Below are positions 55,827 through 64,000 of a stretch of 64,000 nt of DNA, one piece after another. The stretch is taken from positions 2,146,217 through 2,210,216 of the forward strand of contig OX639992.1 in the NCBI GenBank assembly GCA_951828515.1, written 5' to 3'. The stretch comes from an uncultured Poribacteria bacterium. GTDB taxonomy: Bacteria > Poribacteria > WGA-4E > WGA-3G. The position numbers and the translations under genes are program-made. Positions within the stretch are counted from its first letter, which is position 1, and every line of letters starts with the position of its first letter. Under the pieces are notes generated by a model. That model made no database searches, was not told the DNA's origin, and was given only the letters and a program-made list of their open reading frames with translations.

Positions 55827-56882
55827 TTAGTTATCTACCTGCTTTGAGTCGGTCTTCTTTAGTTCAGCCCAGATGACGATTGTCTTTACTTTGAGATTAG
55901 ACGGGGCAGCTGGTGCGTCATTAAGGTTAATCGTGAGCTCATTGAAAAACTGATTACCTTCAACGTCCATCGTATGCAACTGAACCTTATCAGATTTCAG
56001 GAACATTTTTCGGTGAACATTGAATTCAATAGTGAATGTTCCAGCGGACAATGTTCCCCAGCCTACAGCTTCGTTCCTGCTGACACATTTAAGAAAAGAC
56101 TGATGTATCCTATTTTTATTTTTAACATCAAAAACGATGCGGATATAACCAGTCCTCAACTCAAATTTTTCAGCTTTCGTGACGATAGGAAAGGCTTTGA
56201 TGTGCCTTCTGTTATTGAAATATCGGTTCTTATCAAGCCATCTCACTTCTTCTGGAGAAAGAAACGTGATGTCGAGATCGTAACTGGGGTTATCGTCCAC
56301 CGACGCGACCATTACAAAATCCTTTCCGTCTTGGTTGTGTTCCAACCCAAAAGCATGTCCCATTTCGTGCGCAGTCAAAAACGATGATAATGTATTTCGG
56401 TTTGCAGGAATTATAGGATAGTTTGCACAGAATTCGTCTACGACATTATTAGCGTTGTCCCGCCAAGTCTTACACCAGTTTGCATTGAATGCCCCTCCAG
56501 CAATCTTTTCTGCACCGGCGACATATACAACTCGTAGCCCGTTCTCATCGTTAAATCCCTCACCGAGCGCGTTATTGACTTCATCAACGATAAGATTAAT
56601 ATCGCCATACTGCCTTAAGGTTTTCTTACCCTTGATATTGTGACAGATCACCTTGCCATCGCCGTCGGTTTCAAGGTTGAATGTCTTGTATCCGTAACCG
56701 TGTCGATTCATCTCTTTGGCGTAGAACCGCTGAGTGTTCAGCAGGATATTTGCTTTCGCTTTCATTTCTGCCTCTAAAGGCACCCCCATATCAGACGGTG
56801 TTAGGTAAATAGCACGAACCAGAGGTTGATTTGCGTAGACATAGGTAGTAGACAACAGTATTACTATCAGGGTAAAACGCTT
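55827..56882 (-). CDS. Secreted zinc metalloprotease (metzincin, HExxHxxGxxH)
   Basis: HEMGHAFGLEH. GTG start with SD AAGGGAA and signal peptide MKRFTLIVILLSTTYVYA. Confidence 0.6.
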   Translation of the reverse strand, partial: KRFTLIVILLSTTYVYANQPLVRAIYLTPSDMGVPLEAEMKAKANILLNTQRFYAKEMNRHGYGYKTFNLETDGDGKVICHNIKGKKTLRQYGDINLIVDEVNNALGEGFNDENGLRVVYVAGAEKIAGGAFNANWCKTWRDNANNVVDEFCANYPIIPANRNTLSSFLTAHEMGHAFGLEHNQDGKDFVMVASVDDNPSYDLDITFLSPEEVRWLDKNRYFNNRRHIKAFPIVTKAEKFELRTGYIRIVFDVKNKNRIHQSFLKCVSRNEAVGWGTLSAGTFTIEFNVHRKMFLKSDKVQLHTMDVEGNQFFNELTINLNDAPAAPSNLKVKTIVIWAELKKTDSKQVDN

Positions 56883-57051
56883 CACTTCGGATTCCCTTTT
56901 CGGATTGCTCGAAATTAGAATTTTGAGGATTTTGATTAGATAATGATGTGAAAAAGTCGCGAATGCCTCTGTATGGTGCTTATCACTTTTCAACCGTCGT
57001 AATGGTAGCAACCTTGACAAAAGCAAACTGAATGCCTTGATGTGCCTTATA

Positions 57052-58140
57052 CTACTGCTTAACAACGAATATTATATCTGCATCGGTTGAGTAAGGTTCA
57101 CCCTCCCAGTAGAAATTCAGTTCAAAGCCAGGACCTTGATTGACCCCAGTCAGATAATTGTTCACGTTTTCTGAAATTAAATGCCTAGCCCTTTTCAACT
57201 TCCATGAACTGAAAAAATCGCTTTTATCTACCAGCACTAAAAACAAACGATTTGAAGCATCAAAACGCCGTGTACCTTGGTTTTCATATAGCCATCGAAC
57301 AAGTGGTTCTGGATTCACGATACAATCATCTAACAACGCCTCTCGATATTCTTGCAGCTCGCTTATTAGTTCTTGGGCACTATGCTGTGGATTGTCGTCA
57401 AGCTTACGCCATAAATCTGGAATCAATATTGAATCTGGTACTGACGTGTCAAAACCAACATCGAGTGCCCGAGCTAAGCCTTTCATCAAGGTTAATTCCG
57501 GACGAAGATCACGAGACCTGCGGTGATCTTTAATATACCCCTCAGGCAAATAGGTAACCTTCAAGTCAAAAGGTTTGTTGTTAACGAAAAAGTCGATTTT
57601 CTTTATTTGTCCGATTGCTGGAATTACACTAACATGTTCTTTAAAAATGTCTTCAATGATGATAGAACTCCAATGGTTGTACCACGAAGCTACTACATAA
57701 GCCCGCAAACTGTTATGAAGATTGCCTTCTATCTCGTTTTGCAAGGATTCGTAAGAGGTAATCTGTTTCACATATCTGTTAACAATTGTTGTCTCTAAAC
57801 TATTCTGATGTAAACCACCCCAATCAAAAGACTCGATTTTATACAACTCGTTGATTAACTGTTGTTCGTTATCACGTCGGATTTTCCGCTCTTTTTCAAA
57901 CAATTCTTGTATGACATCGTCTATATCTTCTAATCGGATAGCCGATTCATAAATATACTGCAGTTTCTCTACTACCTTAAGCCTTCCTACTTTTAGTTCA
58001 AATTTGTGGATTAGGTAATCAAGGTATTCCTTCCGCGAGAGCGAACATAGTTTCAAAAACCGCATTCCATCATCTGTCTTCGCTAGTTCGCGAATTTTAT
58101 CATTTTTGTAGAGATTCATTGTCCCGTTAAAGTTTAACAT
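57052..58140 (-). CDS. Hypothetical protein. Candidate type II restriction endonuclease partner of the adjacent methyltransferase.
   Basis: Start lies ~2 nt after the MTase stop codon, suggesting an operon. AT-rich. Possible PD-(D/E)xK signature (KIDFFVNNKPFDLKV). No similarity search was possible. Confidence 0.3.
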   Translation of the reverse strand: MLNFNGTMNLYKNDKIRELAKTDDGMRFLKLCSLSRKEYLDYLIHKFELKVGRLKVVEKLQYIYESAIRLEDIDDVIQELFEKERKIRRDNEQQLINELYKIESFDWGGLHQNSLETTIVNRYVKQITSYESLQNEIEGNLHNSLRAYVVASWYNHWSSIIIEDIFKEHVSVIPAIGQIKKIDFFVNNKPFDLKVTYLPEGYIKDHRRSRDLRPELTLMKGLARALDVGFDTSVPDSILIPDLWRKLDDNPQHSAQELISELQEYREALLDDCIVNPEPLVRWLYENQGTRRFDASNRLFLVLVDKSDFFSSWKLKRARHLISENVNNYLTGVNQGPGFELNFYWEGEPYSTDADIIFVVKQ

Positions 58141-58142
58141 CT

Positions 58143-59690
58143 TCAACAAATCCCCTTTGGGTGTCGGGTTGTCCATCCATTTGTAAATTTAAAAGTATCT
58201 ATAATACGGACTTGATCTTCTTTTTTCATGGATTTGCCATATAGCAACACGAAATCTGTTTTTAATCCTCCTTTTCTGTTGTCTTGAAGAATTGATCCAG
58301 CAGAATATACTACAGGATAACATCCAAGGTAGACCAGATCTGAAGTCGCTTCCAATTCTCGCAGGCTATCCCAATAATGTGTTGAACGTGTATTAAACAT
58401 GAATGCTAAAACTCCATTTTTCTCCAGGACCCGAGAGCACTCATGAAAAATTGATGCTAACTTTTTCTTATAGGCAAGTATGTCTTTACCGCGCTCTTTC
58501 GCGTTTGAAACAACGAGCTCATCTTCATAGTTTGATTCAAGACCGATTATACCATTCCACATTTCGCTGAGCTCTAAATAAGGAATCCTGTCTCCGTGAG
58601 GAGGATCTGTTAAAACAACTTTGATTGTGCCTGTTGGGATATTCTTCAGAAGGACTTCGGAGTCGCCCTGCTGGATACAAGCTGATTGATTTCCATTTAT
58701 GAAGGAACTTAGAGAGGACGACATTACAACAGGGTTTGTTACGCCTGCTTCTCCAACAGCCTTTAATAATTTCTGAGCTTTGGTCGCGTAACAATTCCAT
58801 GCGTTTATTTCAAAATGTCGCGCTGGCTGCCAATATCCAACAGCCCAACTTCCTACCTCAATAGATCCCTTATCACGCAGAGAATCAACCTGCTTATCAA
58901 TTTTTGCTTTCACATTCTTGGTTTTATTTCTCTTTGAAATGGCGAAAACCATCTTGGACATTTGACCTGCTGATGCTGAAAGTATCAGGTGGAGAGCTCT
59001 CTTTAAATCACCAGAATACTGTTCTATTTCAGCCTTAATTAAGTCAATTGCTCGTAACGCACGAGGGGTGAAAATTTCTATAAAGCCACGGGTTTTCTGT
59101 GAGTTAATTCGCGAATTGTCAAACAAGCAGAGCTCCCTTAGCAGTCGTGGTTCGTACATTTCCACGTTTTGGAGCCTCTCTATTTCGTCTCTAGTTAGGT
59201 TAAGCTCAATGCGTTTTCGACCTTGTTTCGTCCATACTCGCGTTATTCGATCATTCTCCCATAGAATATGCGTAGCGTGATTTCCATCCGATAAGAGGTA
59301 CATAGAATTAATGAGTGCCTTAAGGCGATTTTCAACGCCATAAATAGCATTTCTTAAATCCATATAGTCCGGTGCTTGTAGATAAAGTTTTGTCAATTCA
59401 ATACTGATCGGATTAACATCAAAACCAATAAATCGACGATTTCGAGTGATGCACTCTTTCGCTATAAGCCCAGAACCGAGAAACGGGTCTAACACAATAC
59501 TATTGGGGGCTGTTAACTTTTCTATCAGAAATTGCCATGCCTCAATAGGCTTTTTCCCCCAATATTTGTGGAAACCAGCAAATCCTTTGTATCCCGCCGG
59601 TAGATGCGTATCACAAGTATGAATAGAGGATAACCGGTCACCGACTGTCCTATTTCCGTCAAAGTCAATAGTGGTTTGCAAATCACTCAA
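58143..59690 (-). CDS. DNA methyltransferase (alpha-class N6-adenine/N4-cytosine type)
   Basis: AdoMet motif I LDPFLGSGL near the N-terminus. Catalytic motif IV VLTDPPHG in the C-terminal third. AT-rich gene. Confidence 0.7.
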   Translation of the reverse strand: MSDLQTTIDFDGNRTVGDRLSSIHTCDTHLPAGYKGFAGFHKYWGKKPIEAWQFLIEKLTAPNSIVLDPFLGSGLIAKECITRNRRFIGFDVNPISIELTKLYLQAPDYMDLRNAIYGVENRLKALINSMYLLSDGNHATHILWENDRITRVWTKQGRKRIELNLTRDEIERLQNVEMYEPRLLRELCLFDNSRINSQKTRGFIEIFTPRALRAIDLIKAEIEQYSGDLKRALHLILSASAGQMSKMVFAISKRNKTKNVKAKIDKQVDSLRDKGSIEVGSWAVGYWQPARHFEINAWNCYATKAQKLLKAVGEAGVTNPVVMSSSLSSFINGNQSACIQQGDSEVLLKNIPTGTIKVVLTDPPHGDRIPYLELSEMWNGIIGLESNYEDELVVSNAKERGKDILAYKKKLASIFHECSRVLEKNGVLAFMFNTRSTHYWDSLRELEATSDLVYLGCYPVVYSAGSILQDNRKGGLKTDFVLLYGKSMKKEDQVRIIDTFKFTNGWTTRHPKGIC

Positions 59691-59712
59691 GGTTTTTTAA
59701 CCCCCAAAGTAC

Positions 59713-60345
59713 TCAAAAAAGCGTCAGTTTTGGAATTTCGACCGCTTCTTGTAACTTTCGCACAGTTTCGGCGATATCGTCGACAAGGACTTGTCGGAGT
59801 GCTGTAAAATTCTCACCCACCTGCCGTAGCACATAAGCAGGGTTAAACGTCGCCATAGCGAAGGGAGCATACGTGGTATCTGTAAACCAGACACCACGTT
59901 CCTCCGTAATGCGAAAACTGCGATGGATAAGCACTTTCGCGGCAGGCGCACCCATACATAAAATCACGGAAGGTTGCATCAAAGTCAACTCACCATCGAG
60001 CCATTTGGAACACGCCTTAATCTCTGATGCCTTCGGTGGACGGTTCTTCAACACATCCCCTTTACGACTCGCGGCGCGACACTTAATGATGTTTGTGAGC
60101 CAGATGTCGCTACGCGTTAACCCATTTGCGGTCAAAACATCATCAAGCATATCCCCAGCGGGACCTGAAAACGGCAGTGCTGTCCGATTATCAGCGGCAG
60201 ACGGACCCTCCGCAACAATCGCTAACTTTTCGGTAGCATCGCCGCTACCGAAAACAACATTCGCACGGGTTTTCGCTAAATCACAAGCCGTACAAACACT
60301 TGCCCGAGTTTTGAGGGCTTGCATCTGTGTCTGAACGTTACTCAT
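59713..60345 (-). CDS. Uracil-DNA glycosylase, family 4
   Basis: Four-Cys Fe-S pattern (CTAC...C...C), GPSAAD and FSGPAGDML motifs. Confidence 0.8.
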   Translation of the reverse strand: MSNVQTQMQALKTRASVCTACDLAKTRANVVFGSGDATEKLAIVAEGPSAADNRTALPFSGPAGDMLDDVLTANGLTRSDIWLTNIIKCRAASRKGDVLKNRPPKASEIKACSKWLDGELTLMQPSVILCMGAPAAKVLIHRSFRITEERGVWFTDTTYAPFAMATFNPAYVLRQVGENFTALRQVLVDDIAETVRKLQEAVEIPKLTLF

Positions 60346-60423
60346 CGTTTCACACCAATTTCTCTAAAAGAGGCGAGGCTACAAACCTCGCCAGCGAAAT
60401 CAGGTTTGGGTGCCTTGACGAAA

Positions 60424-62973
60424 CTACAGATTGCCTCCGGAAGTTTTCGCGAAGTGAACGCTGGCGTGTACTAACTGATCCGGTCGTACTCCCGTAAATG
60501 TCAGTTTATAAATCGGTTTGTCCCAATTATATTGATAATCGCTTCCATAGGTCGCCGCATTCATCGGTAGGTAATCATCCGGTACATGAATAAAGCAGGT
60601 TCCCTCAGCCTGCCTAAGTGGATTACAAACGAGCATGTAACTTTGGCTGTGTGTATCCCAACCAGCAGATAAAATCTCAACGCCGCCCTGCGTATAGTGC
60701 ATATCCGTGGCGAGCAATTGCGGTACGTTCTGTTCTTCACGGAAGCAAAGCAGTTTGGCAGAACGGGGTGGAATGTTCAACAAAGTTACACTGTTTGAAA
60801 CCTTTCCAAGATATTGGCGCATCCAGAAGTCGTGAACGAGAAATTCTTTAGATTTCGGTAACCCAAGTGTCTCCAGTTCAAAATAGGCATCATTCTCGTA
60901 GTCGTCCCAGTTGAAAACTGCGGCGAGATACCAAGCTTCACGAGGTGTTGATACCGGTAGACACCATATTTTTGGAAAAGGTTCATCGTAAAGGTCTATA
61001 GGTGTAGCCGCCTTACCTATGAGTGGAAAAATTTTTGCCAAGTAACCCGCACGCGACGAAGTCAGTGTCGTAAATTGGTCTGCGCACAAAACTGTCCCAC
61101 CACTCAATGCCGCCGCTGTCATTTCCACAATTGCCTCGTTGACAGGACGTGGTTCATTCACAGCAATCTCACCAAAGACGTGTCCCCAGAGAACGTTATG
61201 CTCCCTGAGATGTGCGGCATACCTGCTGAGACGATGCTTTGTGCCACGCTGATGATGCCACGAGTCATTTGCCCGATTGGAAGCCGCGCCCACAGCAGAA
61301 AGAGAAGGACTGAGGAGTGGCGTATTAATATCAATACTACCAAGGCATGGACCGGGTACAGCATTGTATCCGGCGAGTAGAATATCATCCTTCAGAGGCA
61401 CGTTTTCCGCCCGCGCCTCATCGACCGCCTCCCTGAGCAATTTTCCAGCGAGACGATAAAGTTCGACTGAGGTCAGACTGCTATCACGCCAACGCAAGTT
61501 GTGTGAAGCATTCGTGAGTCCCATCGTATAAGCTGTAAAGTCGGCGTTGATGAATGAATATCCACATTCACCAACGACCTGTTTAATCTGTTCACGAATA
61601 CGGGACTGCACCTCTGGATGCGAAACATCTAAGAGGGCGACCTCTTTACCACTCTCTGGCAAATGAACTGTGGCAGGTTTGGAACCGTTACGCGCAGAAT
61701 GCTTACGGGAGTATCTTCTTCCACCACGGGACGCAGTTTTCTCTTGTATACAATAGTTTGGATGGCTTTGGACAAGTGCCGAATCCAGGGCGGCACAGAA
61801 CGGATTGAACCGGATACCCGCTTTGAAACCTTTCGCTCGGATGTGACTGGTAATCGCTTGCATTTCCTCACGATTTTGCGATACCGAAGCCTCTGAACCC
61901 TGCGTAAAAACCCCCAATTCTGATTCCAAGATTGCATTCAATTGAATATAATCAATACCGCCTGGACAGTTCGGCTGAAACATCGGATTCTCGGCGAGCG
62001 CGTCTGTTTCGGTCAAGATAGCATTTGCATCAAGTGATCCCTCTGTATCGGCAAGCGTCCACACAGTAGTGGGCATGCTGTGTTCAAGGGTGGGCTGAGC
62101 CTCAGTAAGATCGCTTTCGTGTGCGATATTCCGCGCTGCTATAACCGAAGTATAATGTTCATAAGCTGCAGACACCCTATCTGTAAAATTGATGTAAGCA
62201 GTTTCGGAGGTGATTTCTTTACCGGAGTCGCACTGCTGCGTACACTCATGATAAAGGGACCACGGATTCACACCTGACGCGGACGACTTTTTACCATGCG
62301 ATTGCGAGCCGCGCCCACCATTTTTATGACAGCCGACTTGAATTCGGGGCCACCATTTCTCAGTCGTCAGGAAACCGAAGACAAGTGCTTTCCCGCCTTT
62401 TGTATCGCAAATTACACCATCATTGCCCGGATGCATAGCGTCGGTCTCACTCAGTAGAAACCCTTCATAGAGTTTTTTACTGACGCCAGGGGAAACAGGC
62501 GGCATGTTAATAAAGAGATGATAATCCGATGGAAGTCCGCCAAGTGACACAGCACCACGGTTGCCTGAAACCCCAAGCACCGTTACACTATCGAGTCGTA
62601 GTGGCTCCGATTTCAGGTTTTCAATACCAACCTTGAGGTGTATCGCGGGGTGTGCCGCATAGCACTTGAGATAGGTATTTATCCGCACCCCCTTCCCTGT
62701 CGCCTCATGAGAGAAGCGAATTTGGTGATAACTGCCGAAAGCATCGGTCTTCGGAAGTTCAGTGTTAAATTCGCGAGTGCCAGCGTCTTCAGTTTTGATG
62801 GTACTTCCATTGTTAAGGGTTATTTGTGTGGACCCCTCTCGGATAATTGTGTGACCACTCTCATCGACATAATCCCATGTTCCTTTTGAAAGGTTAAACT
62901 TAATCTCAAAATTAGCGTGGTTTATCACAGCGAGGTTGCCCTGCCGTGAAACTGTTATCACATTTGATCTCAT
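60424..62973 (-). CDS. Large glycoside hydrolase-like protein (GH36-like alpha-galactosidase fold, tentative)
   Basis: KGFKAGIRFNPF...HPNY and GYSFINADF resemble the GH36 catalytic region. Start reassigned to MRSNVITV, which abuts a leader-family head (TTTTCTAATTTTCCTTGCAG). Confidence 0.4.
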   Translation of the reverse strand: MRSNVITVSRQGNLAVINHANFEIKFNLSKGTWDYVDESGHTIIREGSTQITLNNGSTIKTEDAGTREFNTELPKTDAFGSYHQIRFSHEATGKGVRINTYLKCYAAHPAIHLKVGIENLKSEPLRLDSVTVLGVSGNRGAVSLGGLPSDYHLFINMPPVSPGVSKKLYEGFLLSETDAMHPGNDGVICDTKGGKALVFGFLTTEKWWPRIQVGCHKNGGRGSQSHGKKSSASGVNPWSLYHECTQQCDSGKEITSETAYINFTDRVSAAYEHYTSVIAARNIAHESDLTEAQPTLEHSMPTTVWTLADTEGSLDANAILTETDALAENPMFQPNCPGGIDYIQLNAILESELGVFTQGSEASVSQNREEMQAITSHIRAKGFKAGIRFNPFCAALDSALVQSHPNYCIQEKTASRGGRRYSRKHSARNGSKPATVHLPESGKEVALLDVSHPEVQSRIREQIKQVVGECGYSFINADFTAYTMGLTNASHNLRWRDSSLTSVELYRLAGKLLREAVDEARAENVPLKDDILLAGYNAVPGPCLGSIDINTPLLSPSLSAVGAASNRANDSWHHQRGTKHRLSRYAAHLREHNVLWGHVFGEIAVNEPRPVNEAIVEMTAAALSGGTVLCADQFTTLTSSRAGYLAKIFPLIGKAATPIDLYDEPFPKIWCLPVSTPREAWYLAAVFNWDDYENDAYFELETLGLPKSKEFLVHDFWMRQYLGKVSNSVTLLNIPPRSAKLLCFREEQNVPQLLATDMHYTQGGVEILSAGWDTHSQSYMLVCNPLRQAEGTCFIHVPDDYLPMNAATYGSDYQYNWDKPIYKLTFTGVRPDQLVHASVHFAKTSGGNL

Positions 62974-63004
62974 GTTTTCTAATTTTCCTTGCAGTTCGGT
63001 GAGG

Positions 63005-63736
63005 TTAATTGGCGGCAACTGCCCAACAAGATATGATCTCCGCGGGTTCATCCCCCGTTTGGGAAAGCGAAAAGGTGTCTCTGGGGTCGAGGAAAAGGAC
63101 ATCATGTCGTTTCAAAGCACACGTTTCTCCGGCATCAGTCGTCACTTCAGCACATCCATCCCTTAGCACATAAATTGACTCGCTGTCTATCGGTTCATGT
63201 GCAAAGTTTTCCCCTTTGTTGAGATAGATGTAATCTAAGGAGAGGTGTACAGAGCCTTTTTGTGGAGAGACCACACTTCGCCATTCGGTGGATTTTCCAA
63301 ACACAGGACCACTGCGCGCCATATTGATGACTTGGACGTTACTGCGATGTCCGTCTTGAGGTGTAGGCGCTGTATTCGGGGTATCCCGTTCGCCTCGGTA
63401 GAGTGCCATATCCGGCGGAGCCTGGAAGCTAATTAAACGCGCCATGTTCGGGGTCGTATTCACCGTTCCATGTACCTCGCCTGCCGGCACAAAGATAACA
63501 TCGCCCGCAGCAATCGGTGTATAGACCGCCCCTTGGCGGATAGCTCCACCACCTTCTAAAACGACAATCGCGTCTTCCGATGCATCGTGATAATGCTGTG
63601 TAAACTCTTGACCGGGGGCGTGAACCCCATGATTTAAGGTCAGCTGTTTGGAACCCATATCAGGATGCACGACACGCCAATTTTTACCTTTGCCCATTTG
63701 AAAGGGCGTTCCGGATTGGAGATTCAAAATTTCCAT
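63005..63736 (-). CDS. Bicupin (two cupin domains) protein
   Basis: Two G(X)5HXH-like cupin motifs (HYHDASEDAIVVLEGGG; HEPIDSESIYVLRDG). Confidence 0.6.
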   Translation of the reverse strand: MEILNLQSGTPFQMGKGKNWRVVHPDMGSKQLTLNHGVHAPGQEFTQHYHDASEDAIVVLEGGGAIRQGAVYTPIAAGDVIFVPAGEVHGTVNTTPNMARLISFQAPPDMALYRGERDTPNTAPTPQDGHRSNVQVINMARSGPVFGKSTEWRSVVSPQKGSVHLSLDYIYLNKGENFAHEPIDSESIYVLRDGCAEVTTDAGETCALKRHDVLFLDPRDTFSLSQTGDEPAEIISCWAVAAN

Positions 63737-63850
63737 GTTTTTAATTTTCCTTGCGGAGGAACAACGTGCGTTAGAATTATCGGATGCGTCCCTTAAATCC
63801 GCTCTCCATTACATTACGAGCTACGGGCTTTGAGGCTATTGTAGCATAAC
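63737..63850 (-). promoter_or_regulatory. Leader repeat family copy abutting the bicupin start
   Basis: TTTTTAATTTTCCTTGCGGAGG ... ATCCGCTCTCCATTACATTACGAGCTACGGGC. Confidence 0.6.
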
Positions 63851-64000
63851 CTGTTAGGTTGTGCATCTTCGCGCAGGAACCCAACAGTTTCCAACCAAGG
63901 CAGCCGCGTAAGTCCTGTTAATATTTACAACTTTTCTCATAAAACGATACAACTGTATCCCCGTAACGCGCGTGCCGACTCCGCCTCAAATTCCCGACAC

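Noticed and set aside
60424-63105. 893-aa form of the GH36-like ORF overlapping the bicupin gene
   Set aside because: It would overlap the upstream gene by 100 nt. ATG 62973 abuts a leader-family head exactly as in at least 8 other genes, so the shorter form is preferred.

Overview
This 64-kb window is a gene-dense bacterial chromosomal segment with about 50% GC. 49 of 52 predicted genes lie on the minus strand. The lineage is not identified; the content suggests an aerobic, secretome-rich organism. All calls below come from reading the six-frame translations and the DNA by eye; no database search was run.

Gene content, in window order:
- 127-2340: a tandem-duplicated Leu/Ile/Val-type substrate-binding lipoprotein.
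- 2782-8203: a hypothetical secreted protein, an aldose 1-epimerase, a ThuA-like protein and an ABC-2 exporter pair.
- 8367-12309: three tandem class-C beta-lactamase/esterase paralogs.
- 12440-21010: two LamG-like secreted proteins (one here, one at 54939), Gfo/Idh/MocA and SDR oxidoreductases, an Ig-repeat lipoprotein with polyproline linkers, and a 739-aa secreted protein.
- 21463-27705: two paralogous proteins with zinc-ribbon and BchB/ChlB C-terminal-like (PCP_red) domains, one fused to two USP domains, flanking an Mrp/ApbC Fe-S carrier and a PQQ-propeller protein.
- 28291-54040: a 26-kb same-strand respiratory supercluster. It encodes a Rieske/split cytochrome b complex, an octaheme cytochrome c, four further c-type cytochromes (14 CxxCH sites in total), two amicyanin-like cupredoxins, a 631-aa polytopic membrane protein, an ABC exporter, aa3-type oxidase subunits I and II, two subunit III genes, a subunit IV candidate, CtaA, CtaB and SCO1.
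- 55827-59690: a low-GC island with a metzincin protease and a candidate type II restriction-modification pair. It is followed by a family-4 UDG, a GH36-like hydrolase and a bicupin.

Most notable findings:
1. A 341-aa IscB-family protein lacking an HNH domain (IsrB-like OMEGA nuclease) sits inside the cox cluster. It has a ~320-bp structured non-coding region upstream (candidate omegaRNA) and is flanked by hairpin repeat elements in the same orientation.
2. Several abundant repeat families occur.
   - A conserved 5' leader abutting at least 9 start codons. It is triplicated as a 148-bp tandem repeat at one site and arranged like a MITE at another.
   - Hairpin elements framed by CAGTCAGCAG-type motifs. 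One is inserted in-frame in ctaA and another encodes the C-terminus of a small ORF.
   - GGCGAGG-TTAGAAA-CCTCGCC hairpins with compensatory stem variants.
3. A perfect 38-bp x5 hairpin tandem array.
4. A shared C-terminal motif, GKL(T/A)TxWGxLK, on three unrelated secreted proteins, possibly a new sorting tag.
5. The USP/PCP_red/Mrp neighbourhood, as a candidate uncharacterised metal-centre or redox system.
6. An N-terminal 74-aa remnant of a beta-class DNA methyltransferase.

No tRNA, rRNA or CRISPR array was detected.
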